This document shows positions 1-13,895 of a stretch of 64,000 nucleotides of DNA, piece after piece. Below the pieces are notes generated by a model. It made no database searches. It was not told the DNA's origin and was given only the letters and a program-made list of their open reading frames with translations. The DNA lies in NCBI GenBank assembly GCA_951406725.2, contig OX597821.1, positions 81,840,001 through 81,904,000 on the forward strand. Direction: 5' to 3'. Numbering within the stretch: the stretch's first letter is position 1; each line of letters begins with the position of its first letter. Source of the DNA: Octopus vulgaris (lineage: Eukaryota). The position numbers and the translations under genes are program-made.

Positions 1-170
1 ATCACCCTTTGCCTTTCCCTTGGATAGCATTGGTGGTGTGGAGAGGAGAGGCTGGTATGTATGGGCGATTGCTGGTCTTCCATAAACAACCTTGCCTGGA
101 CTTGTGCCTTGGAGGATAACTTTCTAGGTTCAATCCCATGGTCATTCGTGACCGAAGGGGTTCTCCGATA
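1..170 (+). mobile_element. SINE family D 3' part
   Basis: Matches the tail of the copies at 54472-54800 and 38877-39215 (ccctttgcctttcccttgga...atggtcattcgtgaccgaagggg). Confidence 0.75.
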
Positions 171-199
171 TATATGCAACTAAAACTTGCCAAGATGCT

Positions 200-965
200 A
201 CAGATGTTAGGCCTTGCAATCTCTGATCATCTTTCCTGGTCGTCTCATATACAGAGATAAATATTCTTCTTTAAGGACAGAAAATATTTCCACTCTGATC
301 ATTTGTTGAATGACTGATTAAGTAAGACCAGCAATGAAATAATTATTTCGTTATTGCCCACAGGGGCCTAAACATAGAGGTCACAAACAAGGACAGACAA
401 AGGGATTAAGTCGATTACAGTGTGTAACTGGTACTTATTTAATTGACCCAGAAAGGATGAAAGGCTAAGTTGATCTCGGCAGAATTTGAACTCAGAATGT
501 AATGGCAGACGAATTACTGCTAAGCATTTTGCCCAGCATGCTAACGATTCTGCCAGCTCCTGCCGCCTTCCTGCAATGGAATATTGCTCTCATATCTGAG
601 CTGTTACTTCCAGTTCATACACAGACATTCTAAATCAAGCACAAAAGACAACCATTCAACTGACAACAACTCACTCAGCATCACTACTTCACAGGATTAC
701 CATTTTCTCCTCAGAATCAAATCTACTTCTACTACAATAGCTTCTACTCTTCTGAGCTGTTTTGTTGCACACAACCTCCAAACAGATCCACTCAAAATGC
801 ATGGTTTTCCTCCTCTTGTTCACTATACTCTGTTTTAATCTACAGGTCTTGCACTAACTGCTTACTTCAATCCTTTCCCTCCAAGATGCCTGTTCCACCC
901 TTGTTTTGGCAAATTCACAACGACATGAATATTTTCAGACTGGATACCACCTGTATCAATCTCAC
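200..965 (+). mobile_element. Decayed CR1/Crack-like LINE 3' remnant, interrupted by a SINE at about 345-570
   Basis: Frameshifted traces resembling the C-terminus of LINE ORF2 (FYYYNS..SSEL, SCTNC...SF.P). No intact ORF. Confidence 0.4.
345..570 (-). mobile_element. tRNA-derived SINE family B
   Basis: Head aaggcgg..gagctggcagaatcgttagca, B-box-like gagttcaaattc, central gcctttcatcctttc.gggtc.at.aaataagtaccagt. The central domain resembles the Meta/Sauria-type SINE domain (assignment from memory). Confidence 0.8.
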
Positions 966-1074
966 CAGTCTCAGAGGTCTTGCAAACATCTTGGGTACTG
1001 TTATAGCTTTTGTTAAGCTACATAAGCAATAAGGTTGACAACAAACTGTTATTAGTTCGGTTATAACATACTGA

Positions 1075-1292
1075 TTTAAAATTTTGGCACAAGGCCAGCA
1101 ATTTCGGGGAATTGGTAAGTCGATTACATCAACCCCATTGTTCAACTGCTGCTTGTTTTATTGACCCCCCAAAAGATGAAGGGCAGAGTCAACCTCAGTG
1201 GAATTTGAACTCAAAACATGAAGAAGGATGAAATGCTGTTAAGTGTCTCACCTGACATGCTAATTAATGATTCTGCCAGTTCACCACCTTTA
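1075..1292 (-). mobile_element. SINE family B
   Basis: Same consensus as 345-570. Confidence 0.75.
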
Positions 1293-1563
1293 GGTTATTA
1301 CATATTGAAGTATAAGCATTGCTAACCATTAGAGAAGGACTATCTTTGAGGAGAGACTGGGTCACAAAGCATTATGGGAATTTTCTTCCTGCACAGTTAA
1401 ATACTAAGTTTGCAGCGAATAAACATTATTATGTGAATATGCAATTACAGTTTGTCCTTCACAATATTGCAGGTAATGCTTGACAACTTAAACAACTTAA
1501 CAACTTAAAAAAATACTCTGTTATTCTTCAGTATAGAAACATCAGAACTTCATTTTGAAAGGG

Positions 1564-1792
1564 TCAACCCTTTAGCATTCAGACTCCTCTTTCAAAAGTA
1601 ATACTTTTTTATTCACCTTGTTTTCAATAAATCATGCATTATCTTGTAGCTTCAAGATTCTGATGCTCTGATTATTTTATTTTTGGAATGACATTGTTGG
1701 GTAAGTGTGAGAAGCCAAATCTGGCTGTTTTGAACATTAAACAGATAGAATATTTGGGCCTGATATGGCCAGTTTGAAAACTAAAGGGTTAA
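1564..1792. mobile_element. piggyBac-type MITE
   Basis: Termini (t)caaCCCTTTAG...CTAAAGGGttaa. Related copies at 21932-22165, 46110-46336 and 55407-55630. Confidence 0.7.
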
Positions 1793-2436
1793 TTTACTTT
1801 CAGGCACACACGTCAAAGAGTATTTTGATAAATTATTGTTTATTTACATGTGGTGCCCTCTGCTTATGGCTGTTAATATAAGGGAGATTACCATCTCCTT
1901 ATCCAAAGTTTTCTGACTCACAACAATCCCATTGTTTTTACAGGCTTTATATTTAGAGTAAAACATTATTAAATGTATTCTTCAGATTGTGTATCGAGAA
2001 CTATCTTGTCTACTGTGGACTACATTTTATTTTAAGATTGTAGAGTGTAAACTAAAGGAGATTGGTTGCTATTTCCAGCAGGTCAAGTGACTACTTTTGG
2101 CTTATTTGAAAAATCTGTTGAACAAAAAATATTTTCAGTTATGCTTGATGGTGATGTATATCTTGGAATAGGTGTGGTATATATTAAAGCTGTTGTTATT
2201 GTCAAATGTAGAGTAAAAGAAAGCCTTGCTGGTTGAATGATTATGAAGGCATGGGAAAAATATATATTTTGAGTTGGTTTATCGCTCATGTGTGACCAAA
2301 CTGGTGTTGTTTTGTGATTGAATCAGTCCTTGAGCTGCTTTTAAAAATTTTTTTACAGGTATTACTGTTGCTATTTGTTGCTTTGTCAGATATGTTTTAT
2401 AAATAGATTTGTACAGGGGTGAGAGATATTTTGTTG

Positions 2437-2445
<9 letters not shown>

Positions 2446-2523
<78 letters not shown>
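2446..2523. repeat. (GT)n microsatellite
   Basis: Pure GT array. Confidence 0.95.
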
Positions 2524-2526
<3 letters not shown>

Positions 2527-2673
2527 GCATGGTTGTGGGTTAGGAAGCTTGCTTTGCAGCCATGTGGTTTTGAGTTCATTTCCATTCTATGGTACCTTCT
2601 ACCATAGGCCTAGGCTGACCAATGTCTTGTGAATTTGGTTGACAGAAACTGTGTGGAAACCTGTTGTGTGTGT

Positions 2674-2707
<34 letters not shown>

Positions 2708-2935
2708 CTTTTTGTCTGTTTGCTACCACCATCCCACTGCTTGACAACCAGTGTTGGTTTGTTTGCATTCCTGTAACTTAGCAGTTTGCCAAAAGAGACC
2801 AATAGAATAAACACCTGACATAAAAAAAAAGATACCATAAGTACTTGGGTCAATTTGTTTGACTGGGACCCTTCAAGAAGGTGTTCCCGTATGGCCGTAG
2901 TCCAATGACTGAAACAAGCAAAAGATAAAACAGAA
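2523..2935 (+). mobile_element. tRNA-derived SINE family A (CORE-like) with internal microsatellite
   Basis: Head ggcatggttgtg, internal (GT)n, tail ...gactgaaacaagcaaaagataaaa. Confidence 0.75.
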
Positions 2936-3997
2936 AGAAAAGCTGTCATTGACTGTAGCATTGAGTGATGTGATTTGTGAGATGATGGCTTTGGTTGGAC
3001 AGTTTGACAACATCAAGTGGCTCAAAAAACTGCTCAATGCCTACTTCAACATGGTTTCTATGGTTGGATGGCCTTCCCAATTAAAAGCATTTACAGCTTG
3101 TACTGGTTTTTTTTTCATGCCACCAGTGCTAATGAGATCACCATACAGCTTGCAAGACTACAAACCACAGGGGAGGTGGCCATACGTTAGAAGATGAAGT
3201 TATTAAAATACAAGAAAAAGGGGACAGAGCAGAACAGGTTTCTTGCTGTAGGGTAGCTACATGGCTACTCACATTTTAGAAGGAAGAGAGTGGATGATTA
3301 GAGTGGAGCTTTGAAATGATAGAAATAGTAGTAATGAAATGTCTGGGTGGACCCTCAAGACACAAGGTGAGTAGAAGTGAATGAGAGAAAATCAGGTGAA
3401 GAAATAGCTGATTGACATAAAATTCTGAGAAGATTAAGCTGATTGGTGCACATCAGTGACAAAACCTAATTAGCCAAAGTAAAATGGTGCTAACAACTAC
3501 GAGGGCAGAGTAAAACACTAAAAAATCATCATCATCATCATAATCGTAATCATCATCATTTTTCATCCACCAATCCATACCAGCATGATCAGACAGAATT
3601 TTCGATGGCCAGATGCTTTTCCTGTTTCCAACCCTCACCTGTTTCCAAACAAGAAGATGATTTCACTTGGTCAGACATATTTTTCACAGAAGACTACAAA
3701 CGAACAACTTTGTATTATAGTGATGCTCGTTTGCAACCATCACATGATCTCAAGGGCAAGGGTACACACACACACATGGGTAGAAATGTAGAAACTATTA
3801 ACAGTACTCAAGTGAGCAAGTGTAAAATGGTGACAAATTTCTTATGTGTCCCATGTAAAATACTGATAAAATATGAAATATTAAAGGGACAGAACTCAAC
3901 ATATCAGTGTTGACTGTTGACAAAACCCAAGTGATAAACGTAATAACAAAAAACCAACATCTAGCAATGCTAATCAGTATTCTGTAAATAAGATGGG

Positions 3998-4216
3998 CAA
4001 GGCAGTGAGCTGAAAGAATTGTTAGCATGCCAAGCTAAATGCTTAGCATCATTTTGTCTGTTTTTTTGTTCTGAGTTCAAATTCTGCTGAGGTTGACTTT
4101 GCTTTTCATCCTTCCAAGATCGATAAAATAAGAACCAGTGGAGCACTGAGGTTGATGTAATCGACCAGCTCCCATCCCCCGATATTGCTGGCCTTGTACC
4201 AACATTTGAAACCAAT
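3998..4216 (+). mobile_element. SINE family B
   Basis: aaggcagtgagctgaaagaattgttagc...gagttcaaattc...ctttcatcc...tttgaaaccaat. Confidence 0.8.
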
Positions 4217-4631
4217 AAATAAGATGGAAAATATGTGAAGGTGGAACAGAGAAATAAAAATGAAAAATTTCCGGAATGATTTGTCAGGAAATAAACTTTG
4301 AGTCAGTTATGAAATTCTTCTCAGTTTTGAGGGAAATGACAAACGCTATAAATAAATTAGAGGAAAAGTTTATTTTAAAGAATGTTTTCAATCTACAATA
4401 ACAGAATTCTAATCTAGTATAACAGTTATTTGAAGTATATTGGCTAGATATTTAACACTTTGAAGTCATTTTTGGCTTTTGTATATTAAAAGATATTTGC
4501 AGCCTTGATTGTTTGAGCCCATTTACGATCTACCCCCATCTTTGTGGTTGTAAAGCTACACTCACAGTATTCAGTTTCTCTCTATATATAGAAGTCTCTC
4601 TATTTATTTTTGCAAGAGGCCATATATATTC

Positions 4632-4840
4632 TCTTTTTTTACTAAAGGTACAAGGCCTGAATTTTCTGGGGAAGGGGCTAATCAATCACATTGATCCCAG
4701 TGCTCAAGTGGTACTTATTTCATTGACCCCAAAAGGATGAGTGGCAAAGTCGACCTTGATAGAATTTGAACTCAGAGCATAAAGTCAGAGGATATGCTGC
4801 AAAGCATCTTGTCCATCACCCTAATGATTCTTCCAATCTT
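4632..4840 (-). mobile_element. SINE family B (diverged)
   Basis: Reverse complement of the family B consensus. Confidence 0.65.
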
Positions 4841-5295
4841 CAACAACTTTACATTTAGCCGTGCATTCTTTAGTTTGATCTTTAACAATTTAGTACACTT
4901 TTCATAATTTATTTGTCCTAAAACTTTCTATTTCTTAACGTCTCTTGTTAATTCATGTGGCTGTGTTATTTCCAATCACATGGGTACAAGTTCAGTCCCA
5001 CAGCATAATTACAGGAAACCTGTTGTGCGTGTTTGTGTGTGTGTGTCTGCATGTGTGGGTATTTGTGTCTTGTTCTCTTGACATCATATTATGGTTGTAA
5101 GCAGTGCCATTCATTCCCAGTGTCCCATGGATATCTCTCCAGCCAAGGAGAAATATTATCCGTCTTCAAAACAGGTAATGCTTGATAAAAGAAAGGGTGT
5201 CCAGCCATAGAAAACCTGCCTCAGTGAATTCTATTTGACCCATGTAAACATGGAAATGTGGATGATAAAATGCTGCTGCTGCTGCTAATATCGAC

Positions 5296-5585
5296 ATACA
5301 TACATACATACATACATATGTATATATGAACACGCATACATATATATAAATACACATACACACACACATGTACATATGTATATATATATGTATGTAAGTA
5401 TGTATGTATGTATGTATGTATGTATGTATGTATGTATGTATGTATATATATATATATATATATGTATGTGTATGTGTGTATATGTATGTATGTGTATGTA
5501 TGTGTGTATATATATGTATATATGTGAGTATATGTGTATATATATGTATATATATGTGTATATATATATGTGTATATGTATGTGA

Positions 5586-5619
<34 letters not shown>

Positions 5620-6053
5620 ATTTGTATGTAGGTGTATATGTATGTGTGTGTATTTATATTTATTGGTGTATATGTATAGACTAGCCTTCTAAGAGTGTAG
5701 ACATGAATCTATAGGTACGCGTACGTATGTGTATATACGTGAATGTATGTAGATGTATGTATGTATGAATATAACGCGTGCGTGCGTGTATGTGTATGAG
5801 TGTACGAATGAGTGAGTGTACGTGCTAAAGAGTGTGCGTGAGTGAATGAGTGCTTGTTTTCCAGTAGACAGATAAATGGACTGGCTGTCATAGCCAAGAT
5901 GTTTGTGACCAAGCGGCCAAAGATAACAAAAGTAATAAACGAAGATAATAAAATTAAAATTAGGGAATGGGTCTGTATTTGTATGTGTATATATATGTGT
6001 GTATGTGTAGGTATGCATAGGTACACATATGTATATATATATATATATGTATA

Positions 6054-6104
<51 letters not shown>

Positions 6105-6470
6105 ATGTGTATATATGTATGTGTGTGTATATATGTGTGTATGTGCATATATGTGTATATAGGAACTAGTGTGCTGTGTGTGCATATGTGTGTGTGTGGA
6201 TATGTGTGTGTATGCGTGTATGTGAGTATGTGTGTGTATGTGTATATATATTTTTCTGTGTGTATATGTATGTGTGGTCGTGTGTGTATATATACATGTG
6301 TGTATACGTGTATGCATGTGAGTGTGTGTATGTATACATATATGTGTATGTGTAGATATGTATATGTATGTGTAAGTGTATATATATGTATATATATGTG
6401 TGTGTATGTATGTGTGTATGTATATGTATATATGTTTGTATGTGTGTGTATATATGTATACATATGTGCA
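5296..6470. repeat. Compound TA/GT/ATGT microsatellite field
   Basis: Degenerate alternating purine-pyrimidine repeats; source of the spurious Y/I/H/T/V/C ORFs. Confidence 0.9.
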
Positions 6471-6768
6471 TAGGTATAAGTGAGAATCTCCTTATTTACC
6501 TAAAACTCTATTTCCCTTTTTTTTATATATATATATTTTTTTATTTTTTTATTTTTTTATTTATTCTTCTTTCTAATTTAACACTGACTCCTTGACCACT
6601 CCCCCAAGTATGATATTTTGCGCTATGCCTACCCCCAAAAAGTCCCCCACCAACACCCCTTTAAACCTGCCTAAATGTATAAATGCCAATACAATTCTTG
6701 TTAACTAGCTTCCTGAAGATTTCTCTTGAATGAAACAGTTCTAGTCCTGTAGAAGCTCCTTCTATATA

Positions 6769-6819
<51 letters not shown>

Positions 6820-7388
6820 TATACATCTAAGTTTACTTTGCAACCAAATGTTTTTGAGTTTAATCCCACTACATGGGACCTTTGGCAGGAGTTTCCTGCT
6901 ACAGTCCCAAGTCAACCAATATCTTATGAATATATTTGGCAGGCCGAAACTGAATAAAGCCTGCTAAGTGTTAATGAATGAATGTGTGTGTGTGTGCACT
7001 CATACACACACATTTATGTATACATTTATGTGTACGTGTGTATGCAAGTGCATGTGTGTGTGTATTCATATCTCCTTGTCTTGACATCACCTGCTGAATG
7101 TCAACAAACAAACATCTCCACCAAATAAACAGCAGCATATATTTGCAATCAGCCATGAAGACATGGCTGGCCATTCTACTGTTTTGTGTTCAAAAGGATG
7201 CAAGGATATATTAACTTGCATGGAAACAGAGGAAGGTCGATAACAGGAAGATTAGCCAGCTATAGAAAAATCTACTGCAACAATTATACCCTGATCCATG
7301 CAAGCATGGAAAAGTATATGTTGATATGAATATGATGATGATGATAATGAAGATGATGACATTTATGTGTGTATGTATGTATGTAAGT

Positions 7389-7422
<34 letters not shown>

Positions 7423-7426
<4 letters not shown>

Positions 7427-7905
7427 TTAGCATTTGCCCTCCATGCTAGCATGGGTTGGACGATTTGACTGAGGACTGGTAAACCAGATGGCTGCACCGG
7501 GCTCCAATCTGATCTGGTAGAGTTTCTACAGCTGGATGCTCTTCCTAACGCCAACCACTCTGAGAGTGTAATGGGTGCTTTTACGTGCCACTGGCACGAG
7601 GGCCAGTCTGGCAGTACAGGCAACGGCCACGCTCAAATGGTGTTTTTTACGTGCCACTTGCACAGGAGCCAGTCCAGCGGAACTGGCAACGACCTCGCTC
7701 AAATGTTTTGTTCGCATGCCACCAGCACAAGTACCAGTAAAGTGACGCTGGTAACGATTATGCTCAAATGGTGATTTTTACGTGCCACTGGCACGGAAGC
7801 CAGACAGCTGCTCTGACAGTGATCCCGCTCAGATGGAGCTGTTAGTGCCCCACTGGCACAGGTGCCAGTCATCGAATTTGGTTTAATTTCAATTTCACTT
7901 GCTCC
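7423..7905 (-). mobile_element. Retroposon family C (SINE-like, (ATG)n tail) with internal ~50-bp repeats
   Basis: catcat..ccatgctagcatgggttggacg...ggatgc.cttcctaacgccaaccactc, with repeated ttttacgtgccac units. Related copies at 18536-18790, 31377-31715, 35165-35560, 52742-53160 and 57672-57868. Confidence 0.75.
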
Positions 7906-7959
<54 letters not shown>

Positions 7960-8002
7960 GTATATATATGTATACATGTATATTTATTCTATATATACAT
8001 GT

Positions 8003-8050
<48 letters not shown>

Positions 8051-8653
8051 ATATATAATGCTTATACATACATAATTTATGTAACAATTAGTCATACTTG
8101 ACTTTTTTGCAGTTCTTTGTATTTATAACATTTGGAAATTTTTATGGCTTTTATGGTGCCTTGCTTTATAGCAACAACAATACAATTATATATTAAGATG
8201 TTTGCTTTGCAAAGTAACATGACAAAGCATTTTTAATTGTGCAATAAAAATAACAGAAACTACTGCTACTCCTAATAATAACAACAACACTCCTTTCTAC
8301 TATAGGCACAAGGCCTGAATAATAATTGTTACAACAACAACAACATCAATAATAATGATAATGCTAATAATAATAATGATAATGATAATAATAATAATGA
8401 TTTCCTTATTATGTACAAGGGTTTACATGAAGAAAAACATTATGGAGAGCACAGGACAAGACAAAAAAAAAAGGTGTGTGGATGTGTGTGAGTGTGTAGT
8501 CGTGAGGGTTTTGTGTGTAAACAAGACTAATAGAATTAAAAAAAAAGGATAATTATAATAATAAGAATAATAATGATAATTATGATGATTCTATCTAATT
8601 TTGGCACAAGGCTGGCTATTAAAGTAAATAATAATAATAATAAGAAGAAGAAT

Positions 8654-9086
8654 CCTTTCTACTCTAGACACAAGGCCTGAAAATTTGGGGGAAGAGATAA
8701 ATCAATTACATCGACCCCAGTGCATAACTGGTACTTATCTCATTGACCCCAAAAGGATGATCGGCCAAGTTGACTCTGGCGGAATTTGAACTCAGAATGT
8801 AAAAATGGACGAAATACTGCTAAGCATTTTACCCAGTGTGCTAACGATTCTGCTAGCTCACCACCTTAATAATAATAATTAACCCTTTCTACTACAGGCA
8901 CAAAACCTGGATCTTTTGGGGAGGAGGACAGTTGATCACATCAACCCCAGTACTCAACTGGTATTTGATTTATCTACCCTGAAATGATGAAAGACAAAGT
9001 CGATCTTGGCGGAATTTGAACTCAGAACATAAAGACAGACGAAATACTGCCTGGCATGCTAATGGTTCTGCCAACTAGCCACCTTT
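8654..9086 (-). mobile_element. Two tandem SINE family B copies inside an (AAT)n array
   Basis: 8654-8868 and 8883-9086 both match the family B consensus and are flanked by aataat. Confidence 0.85.
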
Positions 9087-9608
9087 ATAATAATAATAAA
9101 GTGTGATGTTTATCTTGATATGAGGTCACCATGTCATGCACATATGGCTGTGATACATGTGCCTGGTGTACTTTTATCAGAGAGGTTAGTCATGATAGGT
9201 ATTTTGGGCTTTGTATATTTGTACCCCAGTGCCTCTTTGATGGCATGCATTGTTCTCTCACTCAATAATAATAATAATAATTGTTTGTAATTTATGTACA
9301 AGACTTGAATTTTAGTGAAAGGTTTAGCATATTATACGAGTCCCAATCCTTTACTAAAACTTTGTCTTATCCACACTAGAGGAATGAAAGGTACAGTTTG
9401 AGCTTGGTGGCATTTGAACTCAGAATGTAAATAACTTGACCAAACACTACAGAGCATTTTGCCTGAGGCTCAAAAATCATATTGACACCCAACTCTTATA
9501 ATAATGATTATTATTATTATGGTTTCAAACATGGGTGTAGCAGTTAGAAAAGATATTTTCTGCCACTGTTACTCCAAAGTCCTCAGTTTTAATTATTGCT
9601 ATTTTCAT

Positions 9609-9671
<63 letters not shown>

Positions 9672-9946
9672 GATATAGAATATGAGGGGTTTAGTTCGCT
9701 GGTGATCTAAACAAATAGGTATGCTGTGTAAGTGCTATAATTGGTCATCTGTTAGGTTCCAAGTTCACATCTGAGGCTGGGGCTAGGCATCTGTAATAGG
9801 CTTCCAAGTTAGCAAGTATACATTAGAAGAGAAAGGACACCAAATTAGCAGGTACATATTAGAGGAAAAACAGGACAAGGGAGATTCAGTGGCCCATTTA
9901 TGTGACATAGAGATCAACTCTTTATCCTGCCTTGGTTTTGTTGTCC

Positions 9947-10012
<66 letters not shown>

Positions 10013-10016
<4 letters not shown>

Positions 10017-10200
10017 AGAATTCACAAAAAAACAAAAGACGAAGACAGGTGGTGTAGACAACAAACAGATGTATAAGCATAATGCTCAGGGAGTGAAAAA
10101 GTCTTTAACGTTTTGAGCCTACGCTCTTCTATAGAAAGGAACACAGAAAGAAACAAGGAGAGAAAATAAAGAATGTGTAGTGGCTAGCGATCTATCATGG
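10013..10200 (-). mobile_element. Penelope-like 3' end between (TA)n arrays
   Basis: Minus strand gaagagcgtaggctcaaaacgtta is a decayed hammerhead-like core. The terminus is shared with 19246-19290. Confidence 0.45.
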
Positions 10201-10569
10201 TGAATATATATATATATATATACACACATATATGCAAGATTACTTGCAAAACACAGACGAAAGTGGTTCAAAAAGTGCTTCCTGCCATTAAATTCACCAG
10301 AGCAGAATTAATATGGAGCATAGGTAACCACCAATGGCCTGAGCTGAATTATCCAGACAATAGATGATCTATACAACCACCAGGGTTTGTGATGTGTTTA
10401 TTTTGTCCACTTTACTATTTAACAGAGGAATAAAGTCTTGCTGTTACTTTTAAAGTTTGTTTCTTGTAATATTTTCACAAGTGAACATGCAATAAATATC
10501 ATGTAATAGTGTGCAAGACTCTGTAGTGAAACCAAGGGAGATTTTTTACCAACACTGTGAATAACCTTA

Positions 10570-10718
10570 GGCTAAATGAATTGACCCCAGGACTTATTCT
10601 TTGTAAGCCTAGTACTTTATTCTATTGGTCTCTTTTGCCGAACTGCTAGGTTACAGGAACGTAAACACACCAGCATCGGTTGTCAAGCGATGTTGGGGGG
10701 ACAAACACAGACACAAAT

Positions 10719-10787
<69 letters not shown>

Positions 10788-10945
10788 TACGATGGGCTTC
10801 TTTCAGTTTCTGTTTACCAAATCCACTTACAAAGCTTTGGTCGACCCGAGGGCTATAGCAGAAGACATTTGCCCAAGGTGCCATGCAGTGAGACTGAACC
10901 CAGAACCATGTTGTTGGGAAGCAAGGTTCTTGTCACACAGCCACG
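10570..10945 (-). mobile_element. SINE family A
   Basis: Family A head, core and tail with internal (TA)n(GT)n. Confidence 0.85.
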
Positions 10946-11556
10946 AAAATTATACATATATATATATCAGGTATCTATACACAGCTATATAGTCCTCACC
11001 CCTCCCTCCCCTCCTCCTCTGTCTGTTTATCTGTCTATCTACGACGTTTGCTATTCATTGATAAGTCAATCAATCATAAGTTTGTAGACAGATATGACAA
11101 AGAAGGAGTAAAGGAGAGTCGGGGAGTGAGTGAGTGGGATAAATGAAAATAGTAGAAAGAATCAATAAGTCTACGAAAATTCAGTGGCTCATTCATGCGA
11201 CAGAGAGGTCAACTCTTTGTTGATCATTCATGTGACATTGGCTTTATTTGATTGTTGACTAATCATTATTATTAAGATCACCTCTTTGTTAGTCTATTTG
11301 TGTGCTTCTGGTGTGGTCTCTTTGTTGGCTATTTATGTGACATTGAGCCACCAATTTGTTGACTATTTATCAGAGAGACAAACTCTCGTTACGTAGTTAC
11401 CAGCTCAGATCAATGGTGTCACCACTACACTTCAAAGGCAACCATTGATGGCTGATGTAACATTTGTGTGTGCAAGATGGTGTAACAGTTGTGTCTACGT
11501 GTGAAGGGGTGGTGCAGATGGTGATGATAGTGGTATAGGTGGTAAAGGTGGTAGTA

Positions 11557-11619
<63 letters not shown>

Positions 11620-11825
11620 AGAGTGTAATTATGCGTTATGTATGCATTTATTGAGGTTTGTGTTTGTTTGAATGTATTTGCATATATAGATATGTTTATA
11701 TAGATCTGGAGTTAACAGTTGTATTTTCAAGCACTAGTATGTGTTTGTGTGTGTGTGTGAACACGTGTATGTATCTGTATACATGTATGTATTGGAAGCA
11801 AAGTTTGCGTATATATGTATGTACG

Positions 11826-12079
11826 TACATACATACATGCATGCATGCATACACACACACACACACATACACACATACATACATACATATATACATACAT
11901 ACATACATACATACATACACACATACATACACATACATACATACATACATACACACACATACATACATACATACATACATACATACATACATACACACAT
12001 ACATACATACATACTGGTGCATGCATGCATGCATGCATACATACATACATACATACACACACACATACATACATACATA
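11826..12079. repeat. (ACAT)n microsatellite
   Basis: Tetranucleotide array. Confidence 0.95.
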
Positions 12080-12540
12080 CTGGTTGGACAAAATAATGGA
12101 AACCACTTTTACTTGACTGAATTTTTCTATTGGCAATATGACAAATTCAAAACTATTCTATCATATATAGATATATACGTGTGTGTTCATATGCATTATG
12201 CATGCATTGTACTTCGTGATATTGTTTTTTTTCTTTTTCTATAGACATTCATATTTAGATATGTTAAAATGCAAAAACCTATCTGTTATACAAAGAACAA
12301 TTGAAGTACAAATGGTTGGAGCTTTAATCACTAAAACTGCTGAATTATTTTACGTTTTGAAAGGTACAGTCTCTGAAATTATGTTGGCATTCCAAAATAA
12401 AGCAAAAGCATCTCTGGTAAGCATTGTTCAAGATCAGTCGTTTTCAACGGGTTACTTTTGATCTTTGGAGTCCTTTCGACTTTTGGGGTCCATATAAGAT
12501 TTTGTTGTTAAAATTTATAAGCAACAAATTGCTTATACTT

Positions 12541-12765
12541 CTGGTTAGTCCACATTATTCCACAAGGAGCATAGGGCTTGTTCCCCAGCCTCTCTGAAGT
12601 ATATATTCCTCCCTGGATTACTCGTTTTTGCTCACTGAGTGGACTGGAACAGCATGTAATGAAGTGTTTTGTCCAAGAACACAACGCATTGCCTGGTCCA
12701 GGAATGGAAACCACAACCTTATGATCATGAGATCGACACTAACCACCAAGTTATGCGTCTTCACT
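12541..12765 (-). mobile_element. SINE family D
   Basis: ctgagtggactggaacagc..aatgaagtgttttg.ccaagaacacaac...aaccac.aag. Confidence 0.7.
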
Positions 12766-12819
12766 GGTTACACTTCGACAACACACAATATATTTTAACT
12801 CTTTTTAATACAATTCCTA

Positions 12820-13895
12820 ACTAGAAAAACACTCGGAGAGCGCAGACCTCCACCAAGCAGCTCATTTCCAGCCATATACACACATGCTGAAAATCGCCCA
12901 ATTTCCCAAACCAACGCCGGCAAAAATATAACTTCCTTGGTGGGAGTAAAAAAAAAAAAAAAAAAAACCTAGCCATATGATTTAAAAAAACCCTTTAAAA
13001 ACAGGAATCATCTGAAGCAGTTATAATACATCAATGACAACAGTAAGCTAGTTTCACCATACAACTAAAGAATAAGATAAAATAAAAAATTGCATCTACA
13101 AAACGGAACAGTAGTCTAAACACAATAGTTTAGACATACTCTGAATGATGTTCTATATAAATCTTTAATATTTTTTTTTATACTTAAGACCATCTAGGGG
13201 GTAATCATCTAGGGATCGTTTGAATGCTGTGAAGCCACTTTCCTCCTTTATGTGTCTGGTATGATGTTGAAGAGAGCAGGGTCAATTGAGGTGATATAGT
13301 TCTGTCATAGTGTTGTGATACGACATGAACATTTCTTTAGTGGATGGATGGCACGGGGGCCAAGCCTCGGACGAATTTTAAAGATGAGCAATGTTGATGG
13401 AATATTTTCCACATCATACAGATGATATAGATCTCACAGCGGCCGTGGAGGGAGCAAAGCCTAAGCTTTTTGAGTCGATCCCAATAATCAAGGCTTGTCA
13501 TGTCATCCTCCACAGACCTCCGCCAAGCAGCTAATTTTAAGATAGATACGAGAATAAAATTACTAATAGAGAAACGAAAATAAACTTTGGAAGCAGCAAC
13601 GCCACCATAGGTTACGTGGAAACGATGAATGTGTTTTCAAAGAACGTAACATTTTAATACTTCATGTAAAGTAAATATAGCAAATGAAAAATCCTTTAAG
13701 AATCCATAAAAATTCCCGGATCACTACCAAAATTTCATCATCTGTCTCTTGTGTCATTACCAATTTTTCCTGCTAGTTTCATCAAATACCATCCACAACT
13801 TTTTGAGTTATTTTGCACACAGACGTACAGACAGAGGGATAGCCGGACAAACCAACGCCGATGAAAACATAACCTCCTTCCTTGGCGGAAGTAAT
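12820..13895. mobile_element. Two Helentron/DINE-1-like (HINE) non-autonomous copies (12820-12950, 13505-13895) flanking a LINE fragment
   Basis: Subterminal inverted motif ctccgccaag / cttggcgga and shared caaaccaacgcc...ataac.tcc. Confidence 0.45.
13060..13505 (-). mobile_element. CR1-like LINE 3' fragment
   Basis: Minus-strand translation LDYWDRLKKLRLCSLHGRCEIYIICMMWKIFHQH resembles the CR1 ORF2 C-terminal motif (Y.ERL..L.L.SL..RR.R). Confidence 0.65.

Noticed and set aside
1397-1472. Plus-strand AG...GT segment open in one frame (LNTKFAANKHYYVNMQLQFVLHNIA)
   Set aside because: Moderate splice signals, no recognisable homology and no partner exons; compatible with chance.
2080-2400. Possible Penelope GIY-YIG remnant on the minus strand
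   Set aside because: Resemblance too weak to support without a profile search.
5166-6595. Many ORFs rich in Y/I/H/T/V/C/M, also at 11658-12244, 17532-17878, 18900-20082, 47705-48204 and 51282-51760
   Set aside because: Translations of (TA)n, (CA)n and (ACAT)n microsatellites, which lack stop codons by composition.
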